Shown here: positions 1 through 13,060 of the stretch, one piece after another
Position numbering within the stretch: position 1 is the stretch's first letter
How the letters are laid out: each line of letters starts with the position of its first letter
Assembly: GCF_000143415.4 (NCBI RefSeq)
Contig: NW_003314319.1
Span: 22,198 to 86,197, forward strand
DNA: 64,000 nucleotides
Direction of reading: 5' to 3'
DNA from: Selaginella moellendorffii
Lineage: Eukaryota > Plantae > Lycopodiophyta
The notes under the pieces: model-generated
Seen by the model: the letters and a program-made list of their open reading frames with translations, nothing else
Database searches by the model: none
Told to the model about the DNA's origin: nothing
Made by a program: the position numbers and the translations under genes

Positions 1-1440
1 TAGTAGCATGATTCGTTATACAATCGAGCATGATTGATCTTTAAAATTTACTAATAGAGATGTCTAAGGGAATTACTTTTGGAGACCCTGTCAGATAAAA
101 TTCATAAAAAAATGTGTTAGAAATCCAAAAAAATCAAATTAAAGGCATCATTGTAGTGGTGTGAGCTAATTTAGTTTATGATCTTTGGCACCATTTCAAA
201 AAGTTTTCTAAAGCAAAACTCTAATAAAAAAAATATCACGAGCTCAAATTCTTGATTTGGATATTGCCATTCTTTTCTTTAATTTTTTTTTTTATATTTA
301 ACTCAGAGACACTTTGAATTATGTCCCAGAAACTCCCTTTATTGACATAGAGGTAGTGTACTTGACAATAGCCTACCAATAGTATCTTTCCACTTAAGAA
401 AATAACACTTTTGCAACTGAAAAAAATTCTTTTTCCCATATTTTGTATCAATTTTTCACTGTAGCACTTCTCTATGTTAACATTTCATAGTTATTTTTAT
501 ATATTCAATGCAAAAAAAGTATTTGTGATTTCAAGTGTATTTTTGAAATAGATCTGCAAAAAAAAAAAACACACTTAAAGATTTATTTACGTCTAGGCTA
601 GCATAGTTAAATTCCTTATTAGTTTTACAAGTATTGACAAAGCATATTAAATAGATGTAAATCACATCTATTGAAATTTTATATTTTCTTATCACGTACT
701 ATATTAAACAACTTGATTTCAGAGTTAATCCCATGACTTTATACACAAGCTTTCTCCTTTTTCTCCTACTCTTTATCCTCTTAGCTTTGACACAAGAAAC
801 CTCATTAGAAATTAGAAAATGAAACTATGTTGTCAAATTATTTCATTATAGTTTAACTATACATTACATTTTTTTCTTATATACTTTTAGTAAACTATAT
901 GTTACATCCTAGTTTATTGTAATAATATTAGTTTAGCATATTTTAATATTATAGTTTAATGTAATAAAATATTTTCATAGTTTTAAAATTTCAAGTATAT
1001 TTTATATAACATAGTGTTTTAGAGTAATATATTGAATATAGTTTAGATAACATAGTTGTACTTCAAATAAAGGTAAGATGCCATTTTTCAGTACTCACTA
1101 GTGATAGTCGAGCTATTAAATTTTTTTTCATCAAACCTTTATACAAATCCTCCAATTCAAGTTGAAAAGTTTGAAGAAGATCCTTTCTATTTCAGTTGTT
1201 AATTGGGAAGCCCAAGGACCACAGATCCACTAGCCTTAAGTGCCTTCTAAAAATTTCATATGCGGTGCAATAATAAAAAGATAAGAGCAAAAGACTAGTG
1301 GCTGAGTATAGACCTTTGAAATTATTAAAGGGAATTTAAATAATAAGTTAAGCAAGGAACCACTATATGGTGGATGCTAATGGATTGTGGGAAAAGAAAT
1401 ATATTTCCCATAATAGGATTTCTATATGCTCAAATTTGGC
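1..1440 (-). repeat. AT-rich dispersed repeat, inverted copy of ~22290-23741; possibly a non-autonomous Helitron 3' portion
   Basis: The reverse complement aligns colinearly with 22290-23740 (e.g. ctaatagagatgtctaagggaatta at ~51-75 vs taattcccttagacatctctattag at ~23659-23683). Contains internal AAACTAT-like tandem motifs at ~840-1060. Confidence 0.75.
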
Positions 1441-1469
1441 ATAAGGCAAAAGCTTTAAAGATGGAGTAG

Positions 1470-1521
1470 CAACCAAGTATGGTTAAATGATTAAAATAGA
1501 ATGGAAATTTAGTCACTTACA
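1470..1521 (+). mobile_element. Decayed 3'-end fragment of the LTR family seen at 38237-40152
   Basis: ggttaaatgattaaaatagaatggaaatttagtcacttaca resembles the LTR terminus ggttaagtgactaaagtagaatggaaaaattagtcgcttaca. Confidence 0.6.
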
Positions 1522-2229
1522 TGAAAACACTTATCCCCAAATATCCCAAGACCCTTAATCAATTAAAAAATAGGGTGCATTCTTATTCATGAGCCCTTTT
1601 CTTTTATATTTGAACTTTATAAATTATTTCTCAAGTCGTTCTCTTTAGTTGCTTTCAATGATGTGAAAGAAGTGTTTTTGAGTTTTAGTTATAACTTGGA
1701 TGACATTCCTGAGAAAGGGGAGAATTGATATCTATAGTTGTAGTGCTATATGATTTGAGCCATTTATTTTATTCTCATTTTCTTATTTTCATGATTGTAT
1801 TATCATGCAAGAAAGCCATATTGCTTTCTTTTTTCCATGGCCATTTGTCACGATGTTTGTGTTATTGTTTGTACATCTTTTCTCCATGGTTGTATTGCCT
1901 TAGAATCCCTTCATGTGAGGCTTGTTTAACTTCTTGAGGCTACCATTTATGGCTGGGTCATGAGAGACGGGAGAATGATATGAACCACATAAATATTCCA
2001 AGAATATCATATGGTCTATGGGATTTAAAGCTATAACACCTAGTTTGCCTAGAGTTTGCTCTTTATTTGTTTCATCAGCCATGTTGATCTAGTGATTTCT
2101 ATCTTCATCCTAGGCCTTCACCATCTTGTCCAAATTAGTGTGTCCAAAAATTCCAAATTGCCTTCCACAAAGCTAGACAAGCATGCTTAGAGACATTATA
2201 GATACTTGAGACTTCAGCCCATTGCTGAT

Positions 2230-3200
2230 GGAAGCTAATGACACTATTATCTACACACTCCTTAGTAGGGCTTCTGCACTGATTTTCAAGGTGGGACACA
2301 CAAGACAGTTTCTCCCTATAATCACTCATGAATATGAGGAACTCCTGGATATGAGCAATGCCAAGCTAGTTTGCATCATTCAGATGGAGAAGAATACAAC
2401 ATGCATAGACCAAGCAATATCAAAATGATGGTATACTAGACTCTACTAGTTCCACCACTAAACATTAGAAGAATTGAAATGGGATCCAGCAAAATGGGAA
2501 TGGAAGGACATATGTAAAGGATTCTTCTAGTACCAAACTAAACTTAGCTGAAGAGTGACTTACCCTTTAGCACAATCCATACTTATTAAGAAAGTGAGAA
2601 CACAATAGATTCCACAGTGTGTGAACAAGATTTGGAAAGGCTGCTGGTCTTGATACTTCATATAGCTAGCTTAGTAGGAGTGTCTCCCTTCACTTGCGAC
2701 AATACACCTCCTAAATATAACATACAGCTTATATGGAGCAAAGAAGACACAACACCACATCCTATGGGAATATTTAACAACACAAGAAGTTTAGGAAGGC
2801 ACCATAACAATCCTTAAACAAACCTCTCAAGGAGGTATGGCCATAACCTATGAATCAGTGCTACAAAGCTGCTTCCTACAAAAGAAGACCAAACTCCTAG
2901 ATGCCTGGAAATAGAGACATAACAATAACCCTCCACTTCAATTAACTCAAATAAATATGCACTCACTTTACACATCTTCACTAGGAGCTTTTTGATGTCC
3001 TCAAAAGATGTACACTTGTAGAAATCTAGAAGGCTTGCTATGCCAAAACATTCAATAACAAGAACCCCTCAACTTGAACAACAATCTCAAAAGGTTGGTC
3101 ACACTTGGTCATCCACTAGCATCTTGACTAGACATTGTTATAATCCTGGTGCAAAAACATAAATATCTAGTCTTCCTAGATTACATTATGCCACCTTTTG
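2230..3200 (+). pseudogene. Decayed non-LTR retrotransposon (LINE) ORF2 C-terminal region
   Basis: Broken frames give ELKWDPAKWEWKD..FF*YQTKL and a later H-I-L-W-E segment, reminiscent of the zf-RVT region of plant LINEs. Many stops; boundaries approximate. Confidence 0.35.
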
Positions 3201-3364
3201 AGGTTTTTCACTGCCCAACCACCCCTAAGCTACCTCGAACACTCTATTGCGCCACTGCTCTATTGTGAGCTCTAGGATAGTTAAGTTTTTTACCCTAACA
3301 TGCCTTAATATACCCTTGAGCTTCCCTTTGACTAATGTTAACTATGTGGTCAAAGTTAGCACAT

Positions 3365-6300
3365 AAAAATTCTTCCCCCCCCAACAAAGTCCTTGTCCCA
3401 AGGATTAATTGTACTGGTGATCACCCTTTCTAGGGAACCCTTCTCAAGCTTTTGATCCATCTTCCACAATCATATACATCAAGGAAGCATTGGGTTTGTT
3501 ATTCCAAGATAGTACACCTTTCAACTAACTGATATAAAATATTAGATGAATTTTCACTCTAGTTGGCAACTGTACCCAATAAGCTGCTTTACCAATGCAC
3601 TTTAGCACTTTATATGGACCAGCATGCTGATAAGAAAGTTTATCACTCTTCCCATTCTACAAAAGCACCAAGGTGTTCCACCGCTCACTTGAAGGAAAGA
3701 TCACTACAAAAACAAAATCACCCACCTTATATTCCCAAAATTAACAATGCTCATTAGCAAACTTCTCCATTCTATCTTGAGTTGCTTGCAAATTCCATTT
3801 GCATACCATGAGAATCTCATCAAGTTCTATGGCTAGATCAGTTTCCTTGGAATCAAGTTTATCTTGAACATCTTTACTCAAATGCAATCCCAACTTCACT
3901 ATTGTTCAGGGATGCCTTCCAAACATGGCAAAGTAAAGATTTAACTTAGTTCCATATATTATCTATTGTTGTAAACAAATTGCACCAATGGAAGATATAA
4001 ATTCCACTATCCCTGCCTTTGGCTAATGCTACAGTGTAGTATATCTTTCACTACCTAATTCACACACTTGGTTTGCCCATCCGTCTAAGGATGATTTTCA
4101 CTTGAGAGTTTCAAAATCACTTGCATAGCCTTTGCAAAGCTCTTCCAAAATTCACTAGTGAACTTTGAATCTCAATCATTAATAATGTCCTTTGGCAAAT
4201 AAAAATTAGGAAAAACCTTCTCCAAATAGATTGCAACCAGATATGAGGTAATGACAGTCTTTCAAAGAGCTAACAACTATACATACTTCATTAATTGATC
4301 CAATAAAACTTATACTTGCTCTTTTTGCTTCTGTGTTTATGGCAAACAAGTGATGAAATCCATAGAGATACTATACCAATAGCTCTGAGGAATAAATAAA
4401 GGTTGCAAAAGCCCCTCTGGCTTCTTCTATGGCACCTTTATTCACTAATAAAGCTCACATGATTTATAATTCTCGAGGATATTAGCCTTTATATTCTTCC
4501 AATAAAAATTGCACTTAATTAACTCATACATCTTCTTCCCTCAAAACGACTAGCGTCTAGATGATCATGATAGTAGAATAAAATTTGAGTAATTAACACA
4601 TCCACCCGTGGCAAATATACATGGATATTGTAGTAAAAAATCCCATCCACTAATGAGAAAGGTGCTTCTTTCTGGGCTCGCAAAAAAACTACCTTAGCAT
4701 CCTAAACTTGAGCACACTCAACCAACTACCCAAATTTGCTAACCATTCTACTCAAATGATGACAAAATTATGTTTGTAACGCCGTCACATAATGAACATG
4801 AGATAAAGCATTTACCACCATATTTGATTTTCTTGAATGATGCTCAATAAAAAACTCCCCAAACTCTATAAGTTTAACCACCCTTTTGCATGAGAATTCT
4901 TCCCAGTGCATAACCACTTACATCACATATCATCTCGTAAGGTTTTGATGAATCAGTAATGCAAAGCACTAGAGCTTCACTCAACAACTATTTTAATACC
5001 ACAAAACTATCCTCTTATGGCTTCTTCCACTTAAATGGCACATATGGCTATTTACTACAGATATAAGTTTGTGAAGGTGGCTATTTCTTTGATATGATTG
5101 TTATGTAAGAAAATAATTTATTTGATGGTACTTTACTACTTTGCAACAAAAAATAGAAAAAGCGATGTCTCATAATGTTGTGTGTCAAAACAAATCCAAG
5201 GAAGGTGGCTATGGTGGAGAACTAACCTACACCGACTTCAATAGCTAAGTTATATAGCTTCCTTGGCCTTTAGATATCACAATATGGCCTAGATATTCCA
5301 CTTTCGACTTTGCAAGCTTATATTTACTCTTCTTCACATAAAGTTTGTTCTTATGTTGTAGCAAAAGAACCTTGCATAAATATACCTTATGCTCCTCTAT
5401 ATTCTTGCTGAAAAAATAGAATATCATTTAAAAAAATCTCCACAACCTCATAAAGATAAAGCCCAAAAACCTTTGTTATCAACTGAGTAAATATAGTTGA
5501 TGCATTTGTCAAACTAAATGGTATAATTGTAAACTCAAAATGCCCAAAACTTGTGTTGAATGCCATCTTAAAGATAAATGCATCATCCATTGCAATTTAA
5601 TGATATCCACTCCTCAGATTAATCTTGGTAAACACTTGTGCTTCACCAAACTTGTCTAAGATATCATCCACATACGGCATGGGCATTTTATCCTTCATTG
5701 TTTTTTTTTCAAAACACAGTAGTCAATACACGTCTATATTAAACCATCCTTTTTCATAAGCAAAACCAAAGCATTAAATAAAGACTTACTTGGCTAAATA
5801 AATCTAAACTCAAGTAATTCCTTAATTTGTTATTGAACTTCTTACTCCCCTACATAACTCAACCGGAATAAACACCATTAAATTGGTCATGTCCCCGATT
5901 TCAAAGTAATCCCATGCTCCATACCTCATAATGAAGGCAACCCATGAAGAAGTGTAGATGGAAAAACATCACAAAACTCATCAAATACATCTCATACTAC
6001 TGCTTCTCCCCCACACATGACTTGGTCCCCCAAGTCACGAACAAACAATAAATAATTCAAAAGTGTTTTTCATTACAACAAACCTGCTTCAAAGATGCAG
6101 CAGAAAGTATAATAATTAAAGGTTGAATTCCCTTTCCAAACCATACATCTTTAATGTTGCCGTATTTTAGCAAGACACACTTAATACTCTACTTTATCCC
6201 TAGATCCACCTTCACCAACTATGGCATTTTAAAAATAAAATCCACATGATGGATATCCGCGAGATAAAAAATTTCCACAAGTGTAGTTTTGCCAACCAAT

Positions 6301-7250
6301 ATTACTAACCCCTCTATATAAATATCGAAGTGCTAAGCAAAGGTAACTGCACCTTCCACTGTGTATAAAAGAATTTCTCATGTCACCAGACTATGTTCTT
6401 CAACAAATTTTGCCAAAACAAAGTTGTTATCACTCCCACTATCCAGTAAAATTTGCACTAAACCACCACAAAACATGCATTTCAACATTAGAATCCTATC
6501 CTTTACACTCTAAACTAATTGGTTAAAGGGGTGATTATTTGATTGTAGGGCCTTTTCTTTATCCTATTACCCTAACCTGGTGCCTAACAATCCTTCCCTT
6601 ACCAAGGAATGATCATCCATAATCATACTTAAGCCACCCTCCAATCACTATAGTCATTCTCTTAAGGTTTACCAAACTTTGGTTTTCCCTCTAAATCCAT
6701 ATTAAATATTTTTGCAAAATGTTTTTGCCCCATTTGTTAGCTACAAGAAAGCCACTCTCCAGTCACCATGATCCTTCTCTTAAGATCTACCAAACTTCAA
6801 TTCCACCATGTTGAATATTATTGCAAAATATTTTTGCCCCACTTGTTAGTTACAAGAATCAAATTAGGCTCCAATACCAATATTAAGATCCTATCTTTTA
6901 CACCCTAAACTAACTGATTAAAGGGGTGATCATTTAATTGTAAGGCCCTTTTTTTATCCTATTATCCTGACTTAGTGCCTAACAAACATGCTAACAAAGA
7001 GAGGAGATGAAGGAAAGATTGCTAAAGAACAAGCTCTTTAACCATTCTTTAGACACGAAAGTAAAACTAATGAAGATGAATAAACATGAAAACCATCACT
7101 ATAGGTTTAGCAACACTTGTCCAAGAACAATAGAACATATACCTCCCTAAGTCCCTTGAATTCCTCTTTAAGATTTGAACAACCTGGACCACAATAGTCA
7201 CAGTCTCAAGTTCCAAGTTGGCTTTGTCCCCTTCACAACCACCCCCCCCC
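3365..7250 (-). mobile_element. Decayed Ty3/Gypsy LTR retrotransposon (protease-RT-RNaseH-integrase, PPT)
   Basis: Minus strand shows protease LLDSGSDNNF (~6420-6455), RT KMAFNTSFGHFEFTIIPFSLTNA..FLNDIL and KVEYLGHIV (5245-5590), an integrase C-terminal H.IF.IS.LK (~3515-3550), and a polypurine tract at ~3371-3382. Many stops and frameshifts. Confidence 0.85.
6489..6984 (-). mobile_element. TRIM (miniature LTR retrotransposon) nested in the Gypsy protease region
   Basis: ~100-bp direct repeats at 6489-6588 and 6881-6984. Minus-strand PBS-like tggtattggagc (~6868-6879) and PPT aagggaagga (~6591-6600). 5-bp TSD AACAT at 6484-6488 and 6985-6989. Removing it restores the frame ..FVSMLKCMF..LLDSGS. 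Confidence 0.8.
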
Positions 7251-7257
7251 CCCCCCC

Positions 7258-7357
7258 NNNNNNNNNNNNNNNNNNNNNNNNNNNNNNNNNNNNNNNNNNN
7301 NNNNNNNNNNNNNNNNNNNNNNNNNNNNNNNNNNNNNNNNNNNNNNNNNNNNNNNNN
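7258..7357. other. Assembly gap (100 N)
   Basis: Run of 100 N preceded by poly-C. Confidence 1.
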
Positions 7358-7903
7358 TAAAAATAAAAATTGCTACACATTGCATGTAGCAATGTTTGGT
7401 TTGCTTAATAGTAGTTTTATTATTACTTATTAATCCAATTGATCAAATAAAGTTTATAATTATAAGCATGTTTGTAATTTGTAAACACTCTTACTACATA
7501 TCAACCATTAGATGATAGAATAAAAAAGAATATACTAGAAAGGGTTTAAGAAAGTTTATAAATTATAAACATGTTTATAAATTATAAATACAAGATTAAT
7601 CTAAATGAATAGCAACAGTTTTAAATATTTTAGAATATCCAAGCATATTTTAAGTATATTCACTATCATCAGCAAACCAAAACTCGATTATAGAGCTTAA
7701 CATTAATCTTAGTATAAAACATCTAGCGCCCATAACCCTTTATAATTTTTCTCTTCTTGGAAAGTAAATATTTGAAGGACCACTACATGATTGCGCTGCT
7801 GTGGAGGATGGAAAGGTCTAACTGGTTGCACATTTTCTGGACAATCAATTGAAAGTAAGAGATATTTTGGTACCTTTTGGAAATCTGTTTCTTGGTGAAT
7901 CGT

Positions 7904-10539
7904 CTAGTACTTCCCTTTTCTCTTGGGGAATTTGCCAAAGATGGAGAGCTTGTCCGCCATTACAATCCTCTCTCCCGGCCTCGGGTGGTCCGTCTGTTGC
8001 TGCTTGAGAATTGAGAACAATGAGGGGCCTCTCTGTTCTATTGGTTTTGGAGCAGGGGTTTCTTTGTTAACGGTGTGCTGTGGAGGGACAACGTCAAAGC
8101 TAGGAGTGGCAAGTGGGAAGTTACACACCTGTGCGGCAACTGAAAAACCGGAGAGGCTGCTACTGTCATCACGTCCAAATATGAACGACTTCGAGTTTGT
8201 ACATATGGTTTGCTTGAGCAATGACGAATTCGACGTCGACCGGTTCGAAAATATTGACTGCGGCACCAAAAAGTTTGTTACGATTAGATGAGAGGGAACC
8301 AGTAATTTTACCTTAGACTTACAAACAGAGACACACGTTTCTGTGGAAGAGTTTTATGTTATGTCAAAACATATATAGGAATGAAATAAGAACCTTGTTG
8401 AGCAGACTTTCTCTTCGTAGTACTATGAGAAACGTTTGCTTTCTTTATGATGCCCAGAACCTCCCTTGACGATTCATCATCAGCAGGAGACATAAACAGT
8501 TCCTGCCTCTCCTGAAAACAGAGATATGTGAGTTGACATGTTCAGAGGCATACTTCACTCTTACAGCAGTTTCGAGAAGCCGTTGCCGTAAAATTGTACG
8601 CTCTGTTTCTTCGTCGTCCGACGACTCGTGATATATTTGCATGTCCTCTTCCAAAAACTCAAGACCGATAGATGGAGGCGGCGCAGCTTCCTTTGTTTCT
8701 TTCAGTTTCACCGAAGTCCCCCGTGACAACTCTTGTGGATCTGAATCGTCGGCATCCAGAAACGAAGAAATCTCGGCTGTATACTCCGTCTGCTTTGATG
8801 ATCCTTGAATCCTCCACAAGATGCTGTCGGTCTGAGCTTCATCTTGTTGTTCTAGCCACTGACGATGAAGATCGGCACGTCTGCCATTATCCAGAGGCTC
8901 TTCCGCCTCTGCTGAACGATCAATAATTTCGAGGACTTCGGCACTGTCATCTCCTTCGTCCTCCTCACTGTTATGAAGGATAAGGTCCTCATCCTCAGCT
9001 TCAGCTTCGTCATCTATAAGTGCCATGATTGGAGGCTTCACAGGGAAGGCTTCGACGGTCTCAGTAGTCCCAAGAGCTTCATCTTGACTTTCCGTCATAT
9101 GCAAGTCCAAGTGGATCCCTCCATTGTAGTTATCTTGACTTCCTGCGAGAATATAGTCCAGAGCTTGGGAGTCCGGAAAGAGATCCTACGAGGAGAAACG
9201 CGTCTGTTAGCGAGATCTTGAAAGTTGTCAAAATTCACACACCTGAGTATCTTCTAAAGGCTGTCTGAAAGCGTTGCTGCATCTTACAGGAGATTCCTGA
9301 AAATCATCCATGTTAGACGCAATCGCATGCAGGAATACGCAACTGACCTTACTAGAACTAGTATCCTCTAGAACTTTATTCATTCCGGAACATTCATCCT
9401 CGTTTTCACAGTAACTTGTTGAGATCGTAGGGAGCTGGCTCGTATCATGCCCCACATCAACGTCGTTTTGATGACTTACTTTCAACTTACTCCTGCATCG
9501 CTGACATGTTACAAGAACAACGCAATAATTTTTATAAAGCATACGCTGACTTCCATCCCAGTTGAATTTTCCTCTGTCGTAATTTGGATAAGAGCCCAGA
9601 CATAGGAACTTCAAAAACAGGAGCTGCTTCAAAGGCCGCTTCCCTTGTTTCTATAAAAACATTTGATTAACTAGTAGATGTAAGAAAATGCTTACCTCGT
9701 AGCAATCTTTGCGACTCTGCATGCATCTCGTCAAGCTCCTTCTTGGTGACCTGAAAGAAATCAGAACTTTTAAATCATAAAAACACAGAAAGAAAAATAT
9801 GCACCTTCCTAACCTGATGTTTCGTATCATCCTGCAAACTCGAAGAAGGTTGAAGGCTGTGAGCATCAATAGGCTTGTTCTCAGGCTCGGCTATCCTTTT
9901 TCTCTTTTTGCTCGAGGTAACAACACCATCGGAGAGTAGCTCATCCAAACTGTTCTTAGACGACTCTGAGCCACTAAAGCTCCCATTACCCACGCCAGAT
10001 CTTGCACGCTCGTTCTCAATTCCGTCGGAGAGTAGCTCCTCCGCCTGGCGCTCTCTTGCGAAAACTTTTCGCTTCTTCTTCGTGACGATGCCATCGGAAA
10101 GTAGCTCATCCAAACTGTTTCTAGACGTCTCTGAGTCATTGTCGCTCCCAGTCGGATCCAAATCCTCGTGACCCATGCCAGATCTCGCAGGATTGTCTTC
10201 GGAGACTGCTTCGCCTGTCTTGCTCTTCTTGGCGATTTTTTTCCAGGCATCCAAACTGTTCTTCGACGACTCTGACTCACTACCACCTTCCAAGCTCCCA
10301 TTTGAATCCAAATTTCCAGGACCACCGAAATCCATACCGTCACCAGGTCTAGCATCGCCCGTAGAATCCCTATGCCCCTCCAAATCCGCATTCTTCTCGG
10401 ATCCAAGCTCTATGTCTACAGCAGCTCGCTCCAATCCCAGATCAACGCCACCAGTTGAAGAACAATCGTGTCGCTCGTCAAAGCCGGCGATAGAAGTTTC
10501 CTGGCGTACCTTGCGAAGGCGCTTGAGCTTGCCCTCCAT
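7904..10539 (-). CDS. Multi-exon plant Claspin/Mrc1-like replication-checkpoint mediator (acidic, low complexity)
   Basis: Spliced translation gives ELDEMHAESQRLLR|ETREAAFEAAPV..LSKLRQRK (~9560-9750), matching the Claspin-type H-x-E-S/T-Q-R-L-x-R motif. Also LHRQWLEQQDEAQTD (Mrc1-like) and C-terminal SFIFGRDDSSS. GT-AG introns. Start codon uncertain (ATG at 10539 assumed). Confidence 0.7.
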
Positions 10540-10957
10540 CGCTCCAACCCTAGGTGAAATTTGGGCGCCATCTCGAGTTTTGATTTTCTTCCCGCCAAAA
10601 GATTCCACGTGTTAGAGTTTAACTCGCTAGGAAATGTAACGCCACGCCCACTGAAGATGAAGAAGGCAAGCTAGGGTTTTTAGACGCCGAGCTCGTGTTC
10701 TTTGCGGGAGGATAATCGCGAGGTATGTTACGCGTTTCAGATGTGTGTCTCCACACCTCTAGAGTTAGCTTGGATCGTCGTCGCGATTCGCGAAGAAGAA
10801 ATTGCTAGTTTTTTTTTGTGTGATTCAATTTTTAGGCAATTGAGAGCTCATTCTTGACTCGTTGTCATCTCTCACAGGTCTATGGTTGCTTGTCTTTGCT
10901 TTTGCGAGGCCTGTGTGTGGTATTCTTCTCCCTCCTAACGCATTGGTGATTTTAGAC

Positions 10958-12008
10958 ATGGATATTGTTGCACCACCTGCGAGATGGAGGTCCGAGTCAC
11001 AAGAGATTGGGGGTTTCTATAAGTTTTTGAAGGCAGAGGTGAGTGGAAGATCGAGTTTCTATTTTCTTTCTTTCGTTTTCGCTTTTTTTTTTCATTCGTA
11101 ATTCATTCACTCCAGGTTGAGAGACTTAACGAGGCAGAGAATAATCTGAGCACGCAGGCAATGAGGCAGACCAATTTAATTTTGAGGGAGGACGTCAGTC
11201 CGAATCCATACATCCAAAAGATGTATTTCGAGCACCAGATGAAGAAGAGACTTGGAGACTCCAAGTATCCTCAAGCATTTAGACCCTCGGAACCACGTCT
11301 TCAATTCCCATCAGGTTGGTAACTTCGTTTCTTCACTAGACTTACATGTTTGTTTATCTTTCTGGCCCAGCAGTATGGGGCTCTTCTGTAAAGCCTGAGA
11401 AAGACGAAGTCGCGGAATGTTGCTCCTCTCGAGTGACCGAGGACTCACGAACTGATAGCAGAGTGGAGTCACTGTCGGGTTCACATCTTTCAGGTCCGGC
11501 TTTGGAAGAGATTGGATCACCGGAGCCTGCTAGATATAAGTTGCCATCACCGGAGCCAATCAGCTACAGGATTCCAGAGAAGAAAAGCAACAGTGGACCA
11601 TTAGACTTTGGACGACCAAAGAGCAACAACAATGGTCCAGTGCAAAGCAGCAACTTTGGACGATCGCAGGGCAGCAACAACGGGCAGAGCAACAGCAATG
11701 GGCCATTGCAACGCAGCAGCTTGGGACGAGCGCAGAGTAGCAGCAACGGAAGAGCGCAGGGCACTAGCAACAACAACGAGCGACCGCAGAGCTTTAAAAC
11801 TGGACGCGTTAACAATGGAAGATCTTCACAGAGCAACAACAACAACAACATCAGCAACGACAGGAGCACCCCAAGCAATGGCGATGATTCAAGGCGACTG
11901 GACAGAATGAATGCTTTCAGGGAATTCAGCGGCGATAATGAATATGGAAAATCTGGCATTTTTTATAAGGTCGGTCGGTCAAGATCAGGCGCTCGGTTTT
12001 ATGGTTGA
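10958..12008 (+). CDS. Hypothetical protein, 3 coding exons (10958-11038, 11116-11314, 11371-12008), N/S/Q/G-rich C-terminal half
   Basis: Phase-compatible GT-AG introns join MDIVAPPARW..KAE|VERLNEAE..QFPS|AVWGSS..ARFYG*. No family recognised. Confidence 0.7.
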
Positions 12009-13060
12009 GGTTTTGCCGGAGAAGAAAACAGTCCAGGAGAGATGAGAACAGGACGCTGTGGCCGTGGAAGTTTTGTCCACTGGCACTTATGAACTAGAAC
12101 ACAGGGAGGTGGAGTATCCGTTTTGCGAGAACACGAACTTTTGTTCTCGGTAAGTCTCTTGAAGCTTGTGAAAGCCGAGCGACTGACTTGGTTCGTGGTT
12201 TTTGCAGTTGCTATCAATACGACTATAGTTTGAGAGATTTCATTTTCCTGGACAAGCTCCAAATTCGTTTGGAAGCTATCGTCGCGTCTTTCCGATCCAT
12301 GTCGAGCGAAAACTTCTGTTTGAGCGCGCGCAATGAAGCCGGTCGGTCAGCTCCAGATTTTTATGAACCCTGGCGCTTGGTAAGTTTAGTTCTTTCTATA
12401 AGCCATCGAATCAAATTCGCGATCTATTTTTCTTTCCATCTCCAGATCTATTCGAGCACCGAAAGCTCATTTTTGTGGTTTCGCCTCGTCTCGTGACTCT
12501 CGGTGGAAAATGCGGCTTGACCAAGTCAGCGCCAACGTTGGCGCGGCGCTAAACATCCAAGCCACAACCACTTTGGAGAAAACGCCCATTTATTTCGTGA
12601 TGGCAGGTGGAGCGCTGTCTACACGTGGCCCGCGCACAGTGGTCGGGACACCGGTGATGCCGGCGAGCGAGTCGGCCGTCCACGCGGCGGCACCGCCGAA
12701 GTTCTTTGGCCGCCACGCTGTTTCACACGTGGACTGCCGCGTCATTGTCGATGGTGACGTGTCAGGGATCATGCAAACCGGACCCCTGTTGGGGGTTTTA
12801 TCGCAAGATATATTTCTCTTTCGGCGAGGGCAGCAGGAAGATCGCCAGGCGTCGTTCCTTCGCTCGCTCGCTCGCTCGCTCGCTCGAATCCAGGTTTGCT
12901 TCATCGGCATTGCTCGAGCGGTGCCTCCCGATCCTCGATCCAGTGCCTTCTTGCCGAGATCGGTCGATATTTCGAGTGGAATTCACCGCGATTTCCATCC
13001 CGGGGCGCTCGCCTATGAGGGTTTCGTGAGGATCCCATCCATTCCAGCGGCGCATCGACA

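Noticed and set aside
6868-6879. PBS as the primer site of the large minus-strand Gypsy
   Set aside because: It lies between the two short repeats bounded by the AACAT TSD, so it belongs to the nested TRIM.
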